Shown here in pieces: positions 25,626 through 39,465 of a stretch of DNA of 64,000 nucleotides (its first letter is position 1; the number at the start of each line of letters is the position of its first letter). Source of the DNA: the human T2T-CHM13v2.0 reference genome, Homo sapiens; NCBI RefSeq assembly GCF_009914755.1, contig NC_060933.1, one strand, 5' to 3'. The translations under genes and the position numbers were made by a program. Under the pieces are notes generated by a model. The model saw only the letters and a list, made by a program, of their open reading frames with translations, ran no database searches and had not been told where the DNA came from.

Positions 25626-27799
25626 ATTTAAGAGCCCATCTCTAAACTGTTATGTCTACGTTAGCTTAATGATAATAATTTTCATAAATAACCTGCTATC
25701 TCTGGGTAGTTATAGAGTGCCTGGTTCTAAATATGAAAATATAACAAAAAATTTACCTTCATTTCAAGTGATTGGAAAGCAGTTTCAAAAATTCTACCTA
25801 GTTTTGAGGCAAAAGGAAGAATTCACTATAGTCATTGGGTAAATAGTTATTTAGGAAGATGAACTATACTGTGCTAGGGTTTTCAAACTAAGAATATATC
25901 ATTTCATAAGAACTTATCTCTTGTGTATCTCAACCTATAAATTAATTATTTTTCTACAGCAGATGGTAATTCTGCCTCTACATGTAAGTTTAGTCTACTC
26001 AAGATTTTTTATTTTTAAAAAATTCAGTTATTGAATTTAAATTTTTCCATTGCTTTTTAAACAACAAAAATACATAGAATAATAAATATACAATAAAAAT
26101 ACATTGAATACATAGATACCTCTAGTAATCCCATTACATTTTGGAAGCATCTCTATCTTCTTACATTTTAAAACAAATTATATTTTTTGAAACAGCTATC
26201 TTTTTTGTCAGCTGTCTAAACATTACTGTTTTAAATTTTATAGACGTTAAAAAATTTTCCTTTACAATTTATTTTGCTTAGCTAAAGGTCATCAGAGAAA
26301 TGTTATGGTTTTTATATATTGGCCTTCAACATATATTGATATAATTTGATATTTCATGACTTGATTGAAAATTTGTAACCAGTATAATGCTGAAATTCTA
26401 AACATCTCAAGGAAAGAAAGCAACTGTCATTTTTTAAAGCCTATGCTGTGTCAGACACTGTATTGACCCTGGAAGACTGATATTATCAGGATCTTGTGCA
26501 AGAGAAATTTCAGGCTAGAATAGATTAACAGAGTTAAACAACTAATAAGTGACAAAATTAGAATATAAACTCTAAGGATCATACTCTTACCTCTAGGATT
26601 CTTTTCAATAGGGAAGAGGAAAGCCGTAGGTGACTTTGCCTCAGGTTTTATAGTGCAGTTACTAAATCATGTTATTTTTGTTACATTCAATAAAACCTTT
26701 TTATTGGTTTATTTTTGTTTACATCATTACCTGGGAGATTGATGTGACTTTATTTTTTTCCTCAAACTAATTTTTAGATAAATATAAATACTGCATTTTT
26801 GTTATTCACTTTCTCTACAATGGCTTTTAAAATCTTTAAGCTCAAAGTCATACAGGGCACAGAACCATATAACACTAGATAGTTGCAAACACAGATTTAG
26901 TTCAAGCTGATCAAGTCAGTGTTAATTTAGAATTGATACTTAGGTCCAAAATTGTAAAGATATGTTTGCAAAGTGACAGAGTATTTTAGATTAAAGCTAT
27001 ATAAATTATTCAGAAAATTTTCCTGCATATTTCTGTCCCTTTTTTCTTTTTTTCTTGTAATATCTCTTGTCTCAAACTAAACTTCAAAGGTGCATTTAAC
27101 AATAATTGTTCTCTATTTGTAGCAATATTAAAAGATGTTATGTGAAAAGTAAGTTTAAAGGTCAAAAAATTGAGGGTAAATTCTAGCTTTGACAAAATAG
27201 AATAGATTTACTTACTTAGGGAACACCACAAGTCTGAAAATATTTCTGTGCATAGTGATTCTCTGAACCGTATACAGAAAGCAGGTTTCCTAATTTTATT
27301 TGATAAATCACTCCTCATAGCAGTTGGTCTTTTAAACTATTATTTCAGGCAACAAACTTTGTAAAGTGTTTTCTGAATGGGTCTATTGATTTTAACCGCA
27401 AAGTCAAGGTCAATTTTCCTTTTAGGAAAGACACTTAAACTATCAGAGAAATTCTACGTATTATTCTTATTTTACATACATTATTTGTATTTAATCTGCA
27501 CATTTGATTATATAGTATTAGTTTCAATTTTATGGATGTGACATCAGAATAACAGACACTTGTATTTGCTGAAGGTAAGTTTGTGATGTGGCAAAATGTA
27601 CTACTGCCTCACTGCCCTTTCCCTGCCATCCCAAAGATAGCATGGACAAGTTCTAAAGCAAAACTAAGTGAAAAGGTATTCAAGCAAAGCCAGAGTGTGA
27701 GCTGTGGGTATAAACTATTTGCAGGTTCAATACCTATGCTATACCAGCTTCTGCTGAGAAGAACTTAAGAGAAACACTGAAATATTTACTGCAACACAG

Positions 27800-28255
27800 G
27801 AAGAGGTCCCACTAGCAATACACAAGTTTCAGTTCATCCGTATCCTTAGCAACACTTAGTAAAATTAGTCCTTTTAATTTTAGACATTGCAGAATATATA
27901 ATACCTCTGTGATTTCAATTTGTATCTCCCTAATTACAATGATGCTAAGCATCTTTTCTTATACTTTTTCATGTTTCATGCTTTTCATGTTTTATTGCCA
28001 TTTATGGATCTTCTTTGGTAAAGTGTGTTTAAATATTTGGTACATTTTTAAGTTAATTTGCTTGTTTTCTTATTGAGCCTTGAGAGTTGTTACAATCTGA
28101 ATACAAATTTACTTTTGGATATATGGTTTCTGATCATTTTCTCCCAGTGTGTGGCCTGTATTTTCATTCTCTTACAGTTACTCTCAAGGAGCAGAAGATC
28201 TTAGTTCAGATAAATCCCAATTTATTTACGTTATTGTCTTGTGGATTGTGCTCAC
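27800..28255 (-). mobile_element. Old L1M ORF2 C-terminal fragment
   Basis: tcagttcatccgtatccttagcaacact; atttgtatctccctaatta..atgatgctaagcatctttt; ttctcccagtgtgtggcctg. Confidence 0.75.
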
Positions 28256-28259
28256 AATT

Positions 28260-29958
28260 TCTACCTTTTATGTGCAGTGTTTTGACCTTTTACATTTAGC
28301 ATAATTATTGATATTATATTATAACAAATCCTTAGTTTTTAAAGTCTGATTGATTTTCCTCTTTTTCTCACTCTTTTGAATATTTATTTATGAACCCATT
28401 TTATCTTCTATGTTGGCTTTTAGCTATGTGTGTGTGAAAAACGTTTTTATTTTGTCTTTGCTTTTGAAAGATATTTTCAGGGATTATGATATTCTAGTTC
28501 AACAGATTTCTCAAGACACACCTTGCATGGTCTTTAAAAATAAGCCTGCTGTTGTTATTTTCCCCCCCCACTATACATTATGTCTTTTTATTTTCTGGCA
28601 GCTTTTAAGATTTTTTTTTCTTTATGACTCATTTTAGTAATTTAATTATAAGGTAGCTTGGTATATTCTTTTTCATGCTTATTGTGTTGATGTTTATTGA
28701 GTTTGTGGGTTTGGCAGTTAATAATTACTGTCAAATTTATTTTAAAAATTCAACTATTATTTCTCCATACTTATTGTGCACTATCCCACATTCTCCCTTC
28801 TCCTGTAGGGTCTTCGATTACATATATTATTAATCTGCTTAAAGTTTCACACAGCTCACTGATGGTTCTCTCATTTTCTTCAGTTTCTTCTTTGTTTTTC
28901 TCTATGTGTTTCATTGTGAATACTTTCTTTGGCTGTGACTTCAAGTTCACTTATCTCTTCTTCTCCAATGTTTAATATCCTGTTAATGTTTCATCACATG
29001 AATTGTATTTTCAACTCTAGAAATTTGATTTGAGTCTTTCTAAAATTATCCCATTTCTATTTAGCATGTTTTGTCTTCCCTGTACTTTCCCAGACACAGG
29101 AGAAATAACAGAGTTATAATAACCTTTTAATCTCCTTGTCTGCTAATTCAATCAGGTGTGTCATTTTACAATGTTTCCCTGGATTAAATCTTACTTTCAT
29201 TATAAATCACATTTTTCTGCTTCTTTGCATTACTGGTAGTTTTTGACTAGAGCTAGTCATCGTATATTTCACCTTATTTGTTTAAATAATAAAAAATTAT
29301 TTCTATTCATATTCTTGAGTTTTGTTCTGGTACATAGTTAAGTTACTTGGAAACAGTTTTTTCCTTTTGAGTCTTGTTTTTTGGCTTTGTTGGGTGGCCA
29401 GGGTAACTTGTAGTCTAGGGGAATTTTTTTTTTCACTAAACAAGGTATAAGAGTCTGAAGACTTATACCAATGTTCCACGTGTTAAGAGATGTTCTACCC
29501 TGGCTGGTGGCATAAATCCCCAGGCCTGTGTGAGCTCCCAGCAATTGATCTCTCTGCCCTTTTTTGTAGATTCATTTACTGTCTCAGTTAGTTTCCTCAT
29601 GTACATTTGCTAATCGGTACTCATCTAATTATCATAAGATGCACATTCTGTAGATCTCTGGAATTTTCTTTTTCTATAACTTCTCTTTTTTTTTTTTTCA
29701 ACATTCTGCCTAGTAAACTGTAGCTACCTTGGTTTCTCTAGACACCCAGGTTTGTTCTCCACAACCAGACACTCCCTAGGCAGTAAGTTGGGACAACTGT
29801 TTCACTCACTTTGTTTCCCTTCTCTTAGTTATCACTGCCCTCCATTGCCTATTGTTAAAATCCTTAAAATTATTGTTTTACTATGTTTAGTTCATGTTTC
29901 CAGCTGAGGATTGTTCCAGGTTCTATTACTTTGTCTTAGCTGGAAATGGAAGTTCTAT
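28260..29958 (-). mobile_element. Old L1M (L1MC/MD/ME-type) ORF1 plus 5'UTR
   Basis: ttttgaaagatattttc; cttcaagttcact; agttaagttacttggaaacagttt; 5' terminus ttactttgtcttagctggaaatggaagttc. Confidence 0.78.
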
Positions 29959-30769
29959 CAATGTGTATTTGTTTTTTCACTGAAGTTGTTTTGTGTATTT
30001 TGATGGAAGAAAATTGAGAGATACGGGAACTATTTTACAAACATGCTCTTCCCAGAATTTACTCTTATTTCCCCTTTTCTACCCAAAGGTAGAAAAGCCT
30101 TTGCGTACCCTTGTAATCTGTGTACTAGCTTCTTATTTCAGTAAACCATCACAAAGTTCAAAGTTTGACTTGCTTTTCTCTTCCGTAATCACTTGTAGGA
30201 TGTCTAGATCTTTACATGGCCCCTCATGAATTCCTTCCAAGTCTTATCCTTACATTTCCCTATGCCTAATTTATGGGGTTATCCCTGATGATGGAGAATT
30301 TGCAATCACAAAACCTGTGATTCAGAAAAATGCTATTTATTCAGGAATTAGCTAGAGCTTGACACCATTTTCCACACTTTCCACTCTGAAACATACTCTT
30401 TGAGTAAATTTTCTTTGTTCATTTTTTTTCTCACTTTCTGCATTATTATTGGCTTGATAACCCTTAAATGCACTGACGTATGTAATAGCAAACAACATTT
30501 TATGGTCCGTCTCTCTCACCTTTGCTTTTAACTAAGAAGGCTACATAAGCTTTATATATATATGAGTATATATAATCTACATATATACATTATTTACATG
30601 TATATAATATACATGTAATTTACACAATTATAATGTAATTACATAATTATATATAACAATGTAAATTATATATATAAAGCTCATGTGGCATTCTTAATTA
30701 TATATATACATAGATACATGTAATCTACACGTATATATTTTTAAAATTTTATGCGTATATATATAACAT

Positions 30770-30770
<1 letters not shown>

Positions 30771-30828
<58 letters not shown>
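30771..30828. repeat. Compound microsatellite (CA)11(TA)7(CA)11
   Basis: Counted directly from the sequence. Confidence 0.95.
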
Positions 30829-31987
30829 AAATTTAAAAAATTAGAATCAGTGAATTTTTGTTTTCTACCCATTGGGGAAATATCTTCTGAAAAGCAACAG
30901 AGCAACAGCAGTTTTGAATATATAAGGTAAAAACTAATGCCTTCATATGATCAGGATGAGTTTCCAAAATAGTTCACCTTCTCTACTGCACAGTTAATTT
31001 CAAAGCCATCTCAATTTAGAAATTTATGAGAAGAGTTTCTAAATCAGATTAGCAAAGTCTTGTCACAACTCAAATTGCTAAATGAAGAAAGTATTTGCAG
31101 TAGAGACTGTGCTTTTCTGCTGTGATGACTAAAATTAGCTTCACTTCATAAAATAGCATACTAGAGATTATTATATCCATAATGTGTCCAAAAGCATTTA
31201 GATAACTAAAATAAACTAAATATGGAAACTCTTATATTATTCCCATTAGATGAGCTTATGTTCTTATTTAAACAGACTAGCAACACAATAATCTTTATAT
31301 GCAGGGCATACACATTTAAACCATTTAAATTATGTGTTCTTTTACATTTAACAAAAGCTGTTTATATAAATGCCTAATTTTCTATATTTCCTAAGAACCA
31401 GAGTTCAGTTCTCACATTCTAGTAAACCACTATAAGTTATTTAAACAAAAGAATATATAACATACTATCATAATAAAACAGCTAATTAAGAAGAAAAATC
31501 TTAGCTTAAATTAATTTGATGCATATTAAAAATTTTCATGTTAAGTCTGAAAGTGTTTTTTACATTGGGTTCATACTCCACTTATAAATGCTGGGACATA
31601 CACAAACACATATATGCACACATTTACACACACATAAACTCCTAAAATAGGGAGCTAAAATCATAAGTTAAAGTGGCCAGACAGGAACATGTAAACAGCA
31701 ACAAGATGAATTTAATAATTACGAAGAATGGAAGCCATTAAAAGCTACCTACAGGGTAGTTAACTGCATTAAATCAGTCTTGGGGAATGTTTACCAATTT
31801 AGAATTTACTCAATCACTTCTCTCTAAGGCGCATAGTAATTTCATTTCCCTTGATCTGTGTAATCCTCCAAAATACAAAATATAAAGAAGGAAACAATTA
31901 AAACCTAAATAATGTAACCACATTAAAGGGCCAACAGATCTATATCCACTCTTCATGTTGCATTCAGGCATACATAAGTCATAAGGA

Positions 31988-32165
31988 TTCTTTCAGCCAT
32001 TCAGTATGTGTTAGTCACTACACCAAGCACTTTGAATAAAGCGATTGTCAAAGAAAAGACTTTTGCTTTCTTGTACCATCAAATCTAATGGAAGTAAGAA
32101 GACAGTGAATAAGTAAACATGTAAATTAAAGTGATATTTTCAGATATAATATGTGCTACAATTGG
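31988..32165 (-). mobile_element. L2 3' end fragment
   Basis: ttcagccattcag..caccaagcact..tctaatggaagtaagaagacagtgaataagtaaaca. Confidence 0.55.
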
Positions 32166-33559
32166 ATATGGGGAATTAATAACAGCTTCAAACAAGAATT
32201 GTTTATTGAATATATAAAGTATGTAAGTCTTTATATTCTTGTAATGGTTCTTTCATTATATCCTGAATGACTCAGCTCTTCATGACAAATTCTTGTTATT
32301 GAAAATATTTCAGTGCAAGTTATTAACATGCTATTTTCAAATGAATTAAATGTAAAATAAATGTATATACCCCTTTACCTCACAATATTTTTGACTGTGA
32401 AAGGAAAACAAACTATGACAGAAGAGTTAAACATTTCTCATTATTTTTTTTTTCTGAAGGTACAGAAAGGATAGTTGGATAAAATATAGTATCTTTCAGA
32501 TAGAAAGGACCCCTCTCTGGACTGACTTGCAATTTTTGTGAAGTATTAATATGGCTATATATGAGTGTATATGGAAGCCTCTGAATCACCTTTTTTTATG
32601 TTGAATATTTAAGTTACTCTTAAGCCCTTCGTTTTACTGATTCACACCTTTGGTTATGGGGCTGGGAATGGGGTTTGGTTTCACTGACTATTGGGTTTGA
32701 AGGCCCCTTTTTCCACTCTACTCGGCATTATAAATTATGCTATTGGGAATCACTTAATGTACGTGTTTAGTATGTGGTATTAGTGAGGTGAAATGATGGG
32801 ATTAATACTGTTTTATTCAGTTATATTTGCTTAAGAAAAATAAAATAACTTGGCCATATTCTCTGGATTTCCTTATCCAGAGTATGTTCTAAGAATGTTG
32901 GTGTTAACTAACCTCAAGGGAGGAATGCATAATGCAAATATGTGATACTGGCCAGACTACAGTAAGTGTATGTCCTTCTGCCATTGACTACAGTGTAAAA
33001 TCCTACAAGAGTTATTTCACAGAGTTTCTGAAAAGCACACCTTTCATTTTGCCAATGCAGGGAGAATAAGGTTCCTTTTAAGCATTAAAGAGTTAATATT
33101 GTACCTAGGAATTTCCTCTTCCTTTTAGGTAGAGAAATTATGCTAGACCACCAAGAAAAATATGACCCTAGAACATTTTCTTATATCAATAACAACCTAC
33201 TGATACTGGTCTTCCATACTCAGAAAAAAAACAATATTCCTACTGGCTACTGAAATATACCTTCAGACAATCAGCTTTTAATCTTTGTTCCTTTACATTT
33301 TTTATTACCTTTTCCCCTCACCTACTGAGTACATAGTTATATATGTGAAAATGCTTGTAAGCATACATACATACATATATTTTTCTCTTTATATACATCT
33401 TTGATTTGTGGTCTGTATTACGGAAGCCTGCTTCATGTAGTTTTTCAAACATTAAAATAGTTATTTTTCTTATTTCTCTTGGGTTATTTTTATTAATAGT
33501 CAAGTTAATTTGGGGAGCTATTTATATTGACTATCTCAAAAGTATAAATTTTAAAATTA

Positions 33560-34823
<1,264 letters not shown>

Positions 34824-35449
34824 TTTTAAAAATGTCGATTCCTGTATTTTTGAGATGTTTAAAATAGACAAATAATTGTACATATTCATGGAGTACACAT
34901 TGATGTTTCTATACATATAATGTACAGTGATCAGATAGGGTAATTAGCATAGCTATCATCTCAAACATTTATCATTTCTTTGTGCTTGGAACATTCAATA
35001 TCCTCCCAGTAGCTATGTTAAATAATATATCTATTGCTGTTAACTATAGTCATCCTACAGTGTTAACTAACACTCGAACTTATTCTTACTATCTAGCTGT
35101 AATTTTGTATTATTTAGCAAATCTCTCCCTGTCTATTCTTTCCTTCAATGGATCTAATAGCCTCTGTTCTACTTTGAATGATATTGAGATTTTTGAGCTT
35201 CCACATATGAGTGAGAATATACAGTGTTTAACTTTTTGTTTCTAGCTTATTATACCTAACATGTCTTCCTGTTCTTTCCAGGTTGCTGAAATGGCAAGAC
35301 TTGATTCTTTTTTATAGTGAATAGCATCCCATTGTGTGTGTCTGTGTATATATATATAATCACATTTTCTTTTTCCATTCATCTGCTGTTCAGCACCTTG
35401 GCTGTTTCCACATCTTGGTATGGTGAACGGTGTTACAATAAACATGGGG
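34824..35449 (-). mobile_element. L1MA (L1MA4/5-like) 3' end, left part
   Basis: ataattgtacatattcatggagtaca..gtgatcagatagggtaattagcata..catctcaaacatttatcatttctttgtg; left TSD tgtatatattcttt at 34810-34823. Confidence 0.88.
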
Positions 35450-36290
35450 CCACTAGTCCTATTGCCTTGCTGATTGTCACCAGAACTAATCTTACTGCTC
35501 ATTTATTTCTAGTATTTCTGGGTTTTATGGGGTTGTAGACAGTGATCCCCTGAGTGGCAATGGTGGTCAACGTGCATTCACTCCTGTTCCAAGTTTTTGA
35601 TATACAAGGGAAAGCTACTCCTAAAAGAATAGGTGGCTCCCTAGGAAGTTGGGAGTGGTTACAGGATGGGACTTCTTCCCATTCATGACAGAGATAACCC
35701 CAGTTGGCACACAAATTGAGGCCTTATGGGGGTGTAATGTCTATTATTTGCTGCCAAGTTGGGTCTATAGAGATACTTTTTTCTTGTTCCAATGGGGGTG
35801 GTTGAAAGGCTCTTGTTTTCCAGAAGTGGGCAGTACTCCTACCTTCCCAGATCAATCACTATGTATGGTTTCCTCACTTACAAGTGGGATTTCATTTACC
35901 TCACTGTGGCCTTGGGAACTTGGCTACTAGGGTTTGATTAGAGCATTGTAAGGAAACTTCTACTTTTGTGTCATTAGCACAACAATGGATGAAAAACGGG
36001 GGAGAATACCTAACAAGTAAAGGTCTGGATACTAAGGGATCACTGTGGCTAATTGAGAGATCCATAGAGATGGCTGTGAGATTTTCCAGATGTGCCGGAA
36101 GAGGGAACTCTATCCTGGGGATATTGATGACAAATCCAGCAACCATTAAGATGATTTCCTGCTGCTATAATTTTTGAAACATTTACTATAGAGTTTTGTT
36201 TCCACTCACACTGGATTAGGTTAATTGGGAGAGCAAACGGAATTAACAGAGGCAGCCTGGTGTCTGGTCAAAGAAACTACAGTTAACTGG
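35443..36290 (-). pseudogene. Decayed gamma-type ERV env (signal region, SU, fusion peptide; TM deleted)
   Basis: CWIC motif (36130-36141, GNHLNGCWICHQYP); C-terminal SU FPCISKTWNRSECTLT; furin site RNK* (35499-35510) followed by hydrophobic AVRLVLVTISKAIGLVAP; frameshifted. Confidence 0.85.
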
Positions 36291-37500
36291 TGAGTCTGGG
36301 GTCCCACTGCTGCTTTTTGTAGCTCCCTCCTAATATCAGGAGCAGATTGAATAATAAAATGCATGCCCAGGAGAGCTTGGCCTTACAGGGAGTCAGGGTC
36401 TGCATTAGTATATTTTCCGAGGGCCTCATCCGGGTGACCCTGAAATAGAGTGGGATTTTCATCTTCTCCCCGAATTACTTCTCTAATCTTGCTATAATTA
36501 ACTGGCTTAACCATGCACTTTTTAATACCTTCTATTAAAGAAGTTGGCATGTGGTTTCTGAGTTCAAGGTCCTGGGAACCTCTCTGGTAGTTTCACTGAG
36601 GGTCCAGATCTGAAACTGCACCTCCCCCTACACAATAAATGGCCTTGGTAACAAGCAGCACTCCAACTGCATATTCATGGACAATATCTAAAATCTTTTC
36701 TTTCTCCTCTATGGTACAGCAAGTAGATAATAATATTTGCAAGTCATGCCAAGTTAAATCAAAGGACATGGTCAACAAATTCCTCTATAAACTTCCCTGG
36801 ATCCTCTGAAAACTGGCTAAATTTCTTCTTGCATAAAGCTAAATTGTACATTAAAAAAATGAGATATACTCTGATTGTTCCCCCATCTCTGTCTGCTTCC
36901 CACAATGGGGACAGATTTAATTTTGGGAGCTGATGTGGGGCCCCACTCTTGGTGGTATTGGTTAGGCTTATTTCTGTAGGCTGCAAAGGTATAGACTAGG
37001 CTTAGTTGGATAAGGGAGACGGGTGCCTAATGACCTTGGAAAGAAATCCTGCACTGGAGAACTGGCAGGACTTCCCTCAGAATTCAGGAAATGCAGAGGC
37101 TCCAAAGGGGGGCATGAAACTCCTAGCGGGTGCAGCTAAAAGGGGGTCATCTAAGATATCTAGTGCTGTCTTTTGGTCCCTGAAAGTGACATGGACTAGA
37201 CACATTCTACAGCATTCTCTTAGGTTCAGATCCTGGTAGAGGCTATAAAAGCTGCACATAAGAAACTTCTCCTCATTTTCGTTCCCTCTTTTTTACAGAA
37301 TAAGTCTAGTTGTTAAATAGCATTATAAGGTAAAGAACCATGTTTAGGTCAAATCTTTTGGTTCCCCAATTTGTATTGGACCTAAATGGTGTTGCAATAG
37401 AAAATGATTTTTTTTCCTCTATATTATCTAACTTGAATTTGCTCCAGTTGCCTAAATGACATCCTAGTGGCCAGTCCTCTGGGATACTGTCATGTTCACT
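36290..37500 (-). pseudogene. Decayed gamma-type ERV gag (MA, CA, MHR)
   Basis: MA: PLGCHLGNWSKF..FYCNT..QLDLFCKKEG; CA: FSQFSEDPGKFIEEF, FDLTWHDLQILLSTCCTIEEKEKIL; MHR: KIREVIRGEDENPTLF..KYTNADP..HFIIQSAPDIRRELQK; several stops and frameshifts. Confidence 0.92.
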
Positions 37501-38974
37501 TTCCAGTAAGGATTCTTACAGAAATTTTTTTTTTCAGTTTGCCCTAAGTCTAGTGAAAGCTTAGTTACTTTTCCTTTCAAATTCCCACATACTGCAGAGA
37601 AGGTGTAGGTAGAGGTAGTAAAGCTTTACAAATGTGGATTATGAGATATGAGTGGTGGGCAGTAGAATGCTTAGGGTCTGAATTCCAAAGAGATTGAAGT
37701 AAACATTTTAGTTTGAACAAAGAGGGATTAAAAAAACAAGGTCATTGTAGAAAGGAGGAAGGGTAAGGGTAAATAGTGTTGCTGAAAGGAGACCTTACAG
37801 GCCCCAAGCCAACAGAGAATCCACCCAGTAAGAGAGACATCGAAGAAAGTATTCAAGCATCCACTTGTCTGCAACTGTGGGTAGTTATCCAACAGGTCAG
37901 GGGGCCAGGAATCCCCATTCTCTTCATCCAACAGTCCAAGATGGGCTTGAGCAAGGCAGTTTATTGGACAGAAAGGAAGACAGCACATAGAGAGGGGTCC
38001 ACAACTGGCTCTTACAGAAAATGATAATTTCCAACTTCAGGGCAGAAAAAAATGACACCAAGAGACCAAGATTCCCCCATGGGTGGGGCTATCACCCACA
38101 ATCCTAGAGGGAATGTCAACGCTAAAAACCCCTGAGCATCTAGGGGGTGGCCAACTGTGACCTCCAAAGGCCAAATTGGAATCACAGAACAACATGACTA
38201 TGGTGGTCGTGAATCAACACAATTGGGGACCTGTCACAACCAAGTGTCCTGACTTAAATAATTGCCCAAGTACAGTTAGCAGGAAGCCAAAGCAAAAAAC
38301 AAAAACAACTATAAACAAAGCATTCATTTCAGTGTGGAAAATAAATGACTGGCAGAAAAAAAATAGGACAATACAGAGGAAAGGACTAAGAGAAAGGGTG
38401 ACAAGAACATAGGCGGCCAGGCAAGCTTTTTTCATGACACCAAAATGACAGGGAACTTTGAATTGACCACCTAGCCAGAGGTCTTACTTCCTGGTTCACC
38501 CAATATTAAAAGGGGCCAGAGAGGATGCTCATCCATGTACAGGAGCCAAAATGGTCCCAACTGAACTCCAGCATGGAGTGAGCTGGGTGAAGTCACCCCA
38601 GGTTACCCTGGCTTGGGTGGACTTGGCTGCCACAGATGAAGTGGTGTTCGGATTTGTGACCTGACATTTGGAGTGGTGGGTCCCACATGAGGCAGCAGCT
38701 CTGCAGTTGCTCGCCCATCCACTCAGCTTCACTGCCTCCACCTGTCCAGAAAGATGATGGCTCTGAAAAGAATCTTTGGCTACTGTTACAGCTCTGTGGT
38801 GTTAGCAGCTCTTTAGTGTTACAGACTTAATGTTGCAGCTCTGCAGTTTGATCACCAATTGCCCTGCTGCTTCACCACCTCTCACCATCTCACTTCTTCA
38901 CTGCCATCTCTTTCACAATCAGTTCCTCTCTGCTTCTTGCCATCTAGCTGCCTCTCCAAGCACTGACTTCTCTT

Positions 38975-38992
38975 GTCCCACGTTGGGCGCTA
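38975..38992 (-). promoter_or_regulatory. Retroviral primer-binding site, tRNA-Lys1,2 type
   Basis: Minus strand tagcgcccaacgtgggac, 16/18 to TGGCGCCCAACGTGGGGC, directly after the LTR end. Confidence 0.85.
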
Positions 38993-39465
38993 TAATGCAG
39001 GGCAGGTTCTTGGCTTTGCTCAGGAAATAATTTAAGAACAAGCTGGCAGTGGAAGAAAGGAGCTTTATTGAAGTGGCAGTGTTACAGATCAGTGACAGCC
39101 CGTTGCAGAGCAGCACTCACCCATAGGCAGTGCAGCAACACTAGTAGCATATGGGCTGTGACTATAGTAGCATGTTGGTTGTTGACTAAAAGTGAGAATT
39201 TATAATCACTTTTAATTACATGCAAATTATTGGGGGGTTATTCAGAAATCTCTAGAAAATGGGTGGTAACTTCTGGGTGTTGCTATAGAAAGGGCCAGCA
39301 ACTTTCGTGTTTTGCCATGGAATTTGTAAACTGTCATAGTGCTGGTGTAAGTGTCTTATGCTGAGTGCAGGGAGGGCAACTAGAGGTTGTTTTTGAAGCC
39401 ACTTGCTAGTCCTGGCTATTTTTTCATCTGGTTCTAGAAGCAAGTTCTATAGGTGTCTTACCTCA
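38993..39465 (-). mobile_element. ERV1 5' LTR (MER66-like) of the provirus at 35443-39465
   Basis: Minus strand starts tgaggtaagacacc..; cagcataagacacttacaccagcactatgacagtttacaaattccatggc; octamer ATGCAAAT at 39220-39227; aataaa signal; ends ccctgcatta. Confidence 0.8.

Noticed and set aside
35499-36240. Possible secreted SU-only Env protein (suppressyn-like)
   Set aside because: The CWIC frame stops within about 30 codons, SU is split over several frames and no clear start codon is visible
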